This document shows, piece after piece, positions 16,128 to 21,124 of a stretch of DNA of 21,124 bases (the stretch's first letter is position 1; each line of letters starts with the position of its first letter). The translations under genes were made by a program, and so were the position numbers. Below the pieces are notes generated by a model, which was not told the DNA's origin, made no database searches, and saw only the letters and a program-made list of their open reading frames with translations. This DNA is from Fidelibacterota bacterium (GTDB taxonomy: Bacteria; Fidelibacterota; Marinisomatia; Marinisomatales; TCS56), in the NCBI GenBank assembly GCA_043822705.1, contig JBDRBK010000123.1, positions 1 to 21,124 of the forward strand. Direction: 5' to 3'.

Positions 16128-16138
16128 TTCATTATGCA

Positions 16139-16672
16139 CTAAATCAAGTAATAAATATTGGGATCAGTACCGGCCTCGGGAATCAGCCGTTTCGATTTGC
16201 GGCGGGCCAGAATTTTTGATATCGCGCTGTTGGGATCATCGGTGTCGCCGAAATACATGCAGTGCGTGGGACAGACCGCCACACAAGCCGGTTCCTCACC
16301 TTTCTTGACGCGATGCAGACAGAATGTGCATTTATCCACATAGCCGTCGGGGTGGACGTAGCGGGCGTCGTAAGGGCAGGAGGCGATGCAGGCCTTGCAG
16401 CCGATGCACTGTTTGGGATCGACCAGCACCACGCCGCCGTCGGCATAGTGGCTGGCCGCGGTGGGGCAGCAGCGCACGCAGGGCGAATTGGAGCAGTGGT
16501 TGCAACGTTCGGAGCGAAGCTCCAGTTGCAGTTCAGGATAAGTACCGGTGGTGGATTCCACCACCCAGTCCCGGCAGTAGCCGATGGGCACTTTATTCTC
16601 GGTTTGGCAGGCCACTACGCAATCGCTGCAGCCGACGCATTTTTTGGTATCGATGGCCATGGCATAACGCAT
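16139..16672 (-). CDS. psrB: 4x[4Fe-4S] electron-transfer subunit (PsrB/NrfC/DmsB family)
   Basis: CVGCSDCVVAC, CNHCSNSPCVRCCP, CIGCKACIASCPY and KCTFC...PACVAVCP. Confidence 0.92.
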   Translation of the reverse strand: MRYAMAIDTKKCVGCSDCVVACQTENKVPIGYCRDWVVESTTGTYPELQLELRSERCNHCSNSPCVRCCPTAASHYADGGVVLVDPKQCIGCKACIASCPYDARYVHPDGYVDKCTFCLHRVKKGEEPACVAVCPTHCMYFGDTDDPNSAISKILARRKSKRLIPEAGTDPNIYYLI

Positions 16673-18921
16673 CAGGAGGCTCCTTCGATTACCGGTTCAT
16701 CGACCAGGAAGGTAACGAAATTACCACGCATGCCGGTGCCGCCCATCAGCGGGTCCACATGAACCCGGGTGATCAATTCCGCATCGCTGACGCCGCGCCG
16801 GTAGGCCCGGGTCATGCGCTTATCGGTGTGGCCGAATCCGTGGACGATATATACCGAATCGTGGCGGATGCGTTCGGTGACGCGCACCTTGATCGAATTG
16901 GAACTGACGACGCCGTCCTGGTTCTGCAGCCAGACGGGCTGTCCATTATTCAGGCCCCATTCCTGGGCAATCTTAGGGTTGACCCAGACCGTGTTCTCGT
17001 CCATCAGGTCGGTAAGATTGGGATTATTGGCGGTGCGGCTGAAAGTGTGCATCGGCGCCCGGCCGTAGATCAGGCGGTAGTAGCCGGCCGGGGGCTCTTC
17101 ATGGGCGGTGTACCTTGGCAGGGGATCGAAACCCTCATCGGCGAAGGAAGTTGCGTAGAGTTCGATTTTGCCGGTATTGGTGTTGAATTCATAGTCGCCG
17201 GGCAAATCTTGCAGGGGATAGAGATCGTCGTACTCGCGGTCGAATTTCTTGACGCCGAGCCGTTCCATTTCCGCCAGTGACGACCCGATTTGTTTGAGCT
17301 GCCAGTCCAGTTCCTCTTCATGGGTTTCGTAGGGGAACCAGGCTGCCAGTCCCAGCTTTTTGCTTAATTCCTTGGCCATCCACCAGGCCGGTTTGGTGTT
17401 CCAGCGCGGTGCGGCGGCGGGGGCGCGCAGGGCGATCGCCGGTTCGCGGTGGGTGCTGACGCGAACCGAATCATAGCGTTCCAGGTAGGTGCACTCGGGC
17501 AGGACCACATCGGCCCAGCCGGTGATTTCCATCGGCATCGTGTCGATCGCCACCAGCAGATCCAGGTTCTGGATCGCGGCAATGGTCTTTTTCTGGTCCG
17601 GCAGAGTGAACGGCAGGTTGGTGCCGTTCACGATCCAGCCCTTGAACGAACAGTCGCGGCTGGCGGCGGGGATGGTGGCGTCGCAGATGCCCGATGCCAG
17701 GGCCAGTCCCGCCAGCGGATATTGGCCGGGGAAGGCGTCGCGCCAGTTTTTGGCCGGCTTGGGATCGGGCGGTGTCTTGATCGCCGGCAGTTTGACCTTT
17801 TCGGGATTGTAAAATCCGCCGCGGCGACCCCAGCTGCCCAGCAGGGCGTTCAGGATCGCCACCGCCCGCAGGCGCTGGGTGTCATCGCCGTACCAGGTCA
17901 CGTGGCGGCCGGGATGGACGATCACCGCCGGGGCGGCGCTGGCCATTTCGCGGGCCGTTTCACGGATCACCTGGGGTTTGATAGTGGTGATGCCGTAGGC
18001 CCATTCGGGGGTAAAATCCCTGACATGGGCTTTCAATTCTTCGAAGCCGTAGGTGTAGGTCGCCACATATTTTTTATCGTAGCGCTCTTCGTAGATCAAC
18101 ACGTGCATCCAGGCCAGCAGCAGGGCCAGGTCGGTGGCGGGCTTGATCGGCAGCCAGTACTTGGACTTGCTGGCGGCGGTGGAGAAGCGCGGGTCCACCG
18201 TGATGATCGTGGCGCCCTTGTCGATGGCGGCGGACATCTCCTGGACCTGGCCGTTATGCATGTTTTCGCCGATATGGGAGCCGATCAGCACCAGGCAGCG
18301 GGTGTCGCGGATGTCAGTACGTTCCGGTGAGCCGATGCCTTCGCCGAAGGTGCCGATAAAGGCCACTTCCCGGGGACCGCGGCACTGGGCGTAGGAGGGG
18401 GCGGCGATGTTGGGCGAACCAAAGGCTTTCAGCAGTCGGCCGAAGTAGTCGCCGCCGGAGCCGTGAGTGAACAGGGCCACGCATTCGGGACCGTGCTCAT
18501 TGGCAATAGCCTGCATTTTTTCGGCGATGTAGGTGAAGGCTTCGTCCCAACTGGCCTCGCGGAAGACCTGTCGACCGCGTTCGGCGCTACGGATCAACGG
18601 CGTTTTCAGGCGGTCGTCATCGTAGTACATGCCCACGCCGCCGGTGCCGCGCGGACAGAAGCGCCCTTCGGAATGGGGGTCGAGCTCGTTGCCGACGATT
18701 TTTTGTATCGCGCCGTCGGTGTCGAGATAGGTCCAGCCGGCGCATTTCCAGAAACAGACCTCGCAGTAGGTGGGAATCCGCCGGGAATACATCCCCGGGA
18801 TGACATCCGCTTCCAGCAATGCGCCTTTGGCCCAGTTGATGGCGGGGGTCGCCAGGGCCAGTCCCCCCAGTCCCAGTCCACCGATTCTTATGAATTGCCG
18901 CCGGGTAAATTCTTTACTCAT
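16672..18921 (-). CDS. psrA: Tat-exported Mo/W-bis-PGD oxidoreductase catalytic subunit, PsrA/PhsA clade
   Basis: Twin-arginine TRRQFI, [4Fe-4S] motif CEVCFWKC...FCPRG, likely metal-ligand Cys in AQCRGPR, ADVVLPECTYLER and HGFG; PsrB and PsrC partners follow. Confidence 0.88.
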   Translation of the reverse strand: MSKEFTRRQFIRIGGLGLGGLALATPAINWAKGALLEADVIPGMYSRRIPTYCEVCFWKCAGWTYLDTDGAIQKIVGNELDPHSEGRFCPRGTGGVGMYYDDDRLKTPLIRSAERGRQVFREASWDEAFTYIAEKMQAIANEHGPECVALFTHGSGGDYFGRLLKAFGSPNIAAPSYAQCRGPREVAFIGTFGEGIGSPERTDIRDTRCLVLIGSHIGENMHNGQVQEMSAAIDKGATIITVDPRFSTAASKSKYWLPIKPATDLALLLAWMHVLIYEERYDKKYVATYTYGFEELKAHVRDFTPEWAYGITTIKPQVIRETAREMASAAPAVIVHPGRHVTWYGDDTQRLRAVAILNALLGSWGRRGGFYNPEKVKLPAIKTPPDPKPAKNWRDAFPGQYPLAGLALASGICDATIPAASRDCSFKGWIVNGTNLPFTLPDQKKTIAAIQNLDLLVAIDTMPMEITGWADVVLPECTYLERYDSVRVSTHREPAIALRAPAAAPRWNTKPAWWMAKELSKKLGLAAWFPYETHEEELDWQLKQIGSSLAEMERLGVKKFDREYDDLYPLQDLPGDYEFNTNTGKIELYATSFADEGFDPLPRYTAHEEPPAGYYRLIYGRAPMHTFSRTANNPNLTDLMDENTVWVNPKIAQEWGLNNGQPVWLQNQDGVVSSNSIKVRVTERIRHDSVYIVHGFGHTDKRMTRAYRRGVSDAELITRVHVDPLMGGTGMRGNFVTFLVDEPVIEGAS

Positions 18922-18959
18922 CGTTCATTACTCTTCACTCATCACTGTTTACTCATTAC
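18911..18959. repeat. Seven tandem degenerate heptamers across the merR-psrA junction
   Basis: TCTTTAC TCATCGT TCATTAC TCTTCAC TCATCAC TGTTTAC TCATTAC. Confidence 0.75.
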
Positions 18960-19425
18960 CGCTGCCGTAGGCAGCCTTGCAGAAAGCCTTGATATCGCCG
19001 CACTGGTAACCCATGCTGTAAACCGTACAGTCGCGGCAGTCCGTGTCCTGGCATTCGGGTCCTTTTTTACCGACTTCCCAGCAGGGGGCGCTGGTGCAGG
19101 TGAATGCTTCGCAGCTCGCCTGATCGTCGGCGTTGCAGGGCCGCAGCAGCCAGCAGGGCACCATCGCCAGCAGCGCCTTGATACCAGCGATGTTCAGGCC
19201 TTCTTCATCCAGGTGCTTGCGGATGCATTTGATGCGCTCGATGTCGAACTGGGAATACAGCCGCCGGTTGGTGGGCGTGATGAAGGGCAGGATCAGCTTC
19301 TTCTCTTCGTAGACCCGCAGGGCGTGGACCGAAGTACCGGTCAGCTGGGCGGCGATGCCGATGGTGTAAACCGGCCGGGTGTCGGGAAAATCCCCTGTGG
19401 GCTGCACATTATAGTCAGTTGTCAA
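18949..19425 (-). CDS. MerR-family (HspR-like HTH) regulator with a Cys-rich, two-CW-like C-terminal domain
   Basis: VYTIGIAAQL, ALRVYE, RRLYSQFDI and GLNIAGIK, then 10 Cys including PCW twice and CRDC. The TTG start is uncertain. Confidence 0.88.
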   Translation of the reverse strand: MTTDYNVQPTGDFPDTRPVYTIGIAAQLTGTSVHALRVYEEKKLILPFITPTNRRLYSQFDIERIKCIRKHLDEEGLNIAGIKALLAMVPCWLLRPCNADDQASCEAFTCTSAPCWEVGKKGPECQDTDCRDCTVYSMGYQCGDIKAFCKAAYGSGNE

Positions 19426-19536
19426 TTTATTAAAACCTTAGTTCGTGAACTGATGTTATCTAATATCGACAACGAAGATAATAATAAAATGGATTGTCAA
19501 ACAAGATATAAGGGTCGGGAAATCGGGGAAATTGTT

Positions 19537-19664
19537 GCTAACGGATTAGGCTATGGCAAGTGCGGAATTTGTTGATTGCCATCTAAAATTATCACTTTAT
19601 AAATTAGAGCTATTACTTTTTCTTTTTAGATTGTATATCAGCATTTGCTATAACCTGTGTTAGC
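19537..19664 (-). other. attC-like (integron cassette) recombination site
   Basis: Minus strand GCTAAC-AC-AGGTTATAGCAAATGC ... GCACTTGCCATAGCCT-AATCC-GTTAGC; 128 bp; lies at the 3' end of an AT-rich gene. Confidence 0.65.
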
Positions 19665-21124
19665 GGTAGTTTTTCTTTTTTTAATACAAAATCTAGGTTG
19701 AGGAAAGATAATTTTTCTTTATCATTTCCTAATTTGACTTCCCATCTTTCTTCAAGGAAGTTAAGTAATTGTAAGCCACGTTCAAGTATTTGAACCGCAG
19801 TCCATTCATTAAACTTAGTTATTTCATTTTCTGCATAACAACCAAATCTATAACCAATAGAGTTTTTATCATTTGAAATTTTATCCTTAAAACACTTGTT
19901 TGAAAAACTTGAATTTTTGGCTCTTGACAAAGGAAGAAGGTTACCTAATGAATCTTTTAAAATCCCTCTTTCTTTTGTAGTATATTTTTGAAATGAAGAA
20001 GTCCAACAATATGCCCTACTACTTCTGGGATAAATATGTTCAACAGTTTCATAGTCAGTATTTGAAAATTCTTGCCAAATTAATTTTTTTCTACTTGTTT
20101 TTGAATTTTCCTGTAAGTACAGGTCATATTCAAATAGGAAATATCTTATTCCTTGCCATTTGTAGAAACCATTATTTCTAAACTCCTTACTGTTTCTGAT
20201 ATTAATTTCTCTGTTTATCGTTTGCCTATAATACAACACATCAATTTCCTTTAATACTTTATCAGCAGTGATATTTTTTTCATTTAAATTAATTGCTATT
20301 CTTAATAAGAAAACCGGATCATAATCTAGGAAATGACGATAAGCAGTCATTGAAAATAGAAATTTCATCCTTTCAATTAACTTTAAAAGCAGCAGTCGTT
20401 TATTGTTGTTTTTTTCTTGTTGAAAAAAGATTAAAATTAATGGGGCGCTATCATAAATACCAATTCTATTTAATTTGTCGAGCCATTTTTTAATATCATT
20501 TGTAAAATCACTATTAACAGGGTTGAATATCTTATACCAAGCAACTACTGAATGCTGGAGACTTTTTACATAATTATCTATATCTCCAATTGAAATCTTG
20601 TTTTCTGTGTCTTTAATATTTTTACTTGTAAATTTCTTTTCTAATAAATAATTGGAATATTCATTTCTATAGTAATGACGCATATTTTTATACATATGAA
20701 ATGATTCAAGTTCATTTTTATTTTTTTCAAATAATTCTGAACCAAAATAGATTAGGAAATGATTAACTAAAAAAGTATCATCATCTAATGGGTTTTCTTT
20801 ATTTCTGCCTAAGTTATGATATATTGCTTTCCAGCAGTCATTAATCCTTTTACGTAAACTACTTTTTTCATAATAGTCTACATCAAATTTTGTTGATAGA
20901 TAAATTAACCTATTCTTCAGTAACTCTAAATGAGAAAGAGGTTTGCCCCTGTTATTCATCGTCTCAAAAGCAACAAAAACATCAATATCAGTTGATATAG
21001 AATAAATATTAAATAAAAATCTTTGTGTTACTTTTACATAGAGTTCTTCAACCTGTTTAATAGCAAGCGTCTTTAAATAATCATCGAAAAAGTTTTTTGC
21101 AAATTCAAGATTATTCGTGTATAC
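19613..21124 (-). CDS. DUF262-DUF1524 (GmrSD-like, HNH) protein, 5'-truncated by the window edge
   Basis: The frame is open to base 21124 (...VFVAFETMNNRGKPLSHLELLKN). The C-terminus has VEHIYP, SLGNLLPL and KNSS. Very AT-rich. Confidence 0.85.
   Translation of the reverse strand, partial: VYTNNLEFAKNFFDDYLKTLAIKQVEELYVKVTQRFLFNIYSISTDIDVFVAFETMNNRGKPLSHLELLKNRLIYLSTKFDVDYYEKSSLRKRINDCWKAIYHNLGRNKENPLDDDTFLVNHFLIYFGSELFEKNKNELESFHMYKNMRHYYRNEYSNYLLEKKFTSKNIKDTENKISIGDIDNYVKSLQHSVVAWYKIFNPVNSDFTNDIKKWLDKLNRIGIYDSAPLILIFFQQEKNNNKRLLLLKLIERMKFLFSMTAYRHFLDYDPVFLLRIAINLNEKNITADKVLKEIDVLYYRQTINREINIRNSKEFRNNGFYKWQGIRYFLFEYDLYLQENSKTSRKKLIWQEFSNTDYETVEHIYPRSSRAYCWTSSFQKYTTKERGILKDSLGNLLPLSRAKNSSFSNKCFKDKISNDKNSIGYRFGCYAENEITKFNEWTAVQILERGLQLLNFLEERWEVKLGNDKEKLSFLNLDFVLKKEKLPLTQVIANADIQSKKKK

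Noticed and set aside
19408..19425. TTGACA and TATAAT on the minus strand as a sigma70 promoter
   Set aside because: The two hexamers are only 6 nt apart and overlap the predicted merR start.
12639..19575. Long + strand ORFs (12639..13517, 16324..17280, 17449..18330, 18463..19575 and others)
   Set aside because: They are antisense shadows of well-supported GC-rich genes and carry no recognisable motifs.

Overview
Bacterial window with a GC-rich backbone interrupted by AT-rich inserts. The left end holds a membrane protein, a membrane/P-loop NTPase fusion and mobA. Next is an AT-rich SDH/ClpP-fold protease pseudogene, broken by a complete IS21-family element (3361-5974, TTAGA target duplication) and an in-frame TGA. 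It is followed by two ~120-bp direct repeats with REP-like palindromes, a tripartite hipB-hipS-hipT-like toxin-antitoxin locus and an intergenic stretch dense in repeats. The middle has a CPA2 antiporter and several membrane or hypothetical genes. The right half is a minus-strand sulfur-respiration operon: Cys-rich MerR, psrA, psrB, a four-helix-bundle gene, psrC, two YeeE/YedE halves and a rhodanese ending in GGC. The window ends in a truncated AT-rich DUF262/DUF1524 (GmrSD-like) gene that terminates in an attC-like site. The most unusual signal is the four-helix-bundle gene between psrB and psrC. It is bracketed by complementary GTGAGA/TCTCAC arrays interleaved with hairpins, and gene-less periodic arrays sit at other junctions. 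All family calls come from motif recognition; no searches were run.
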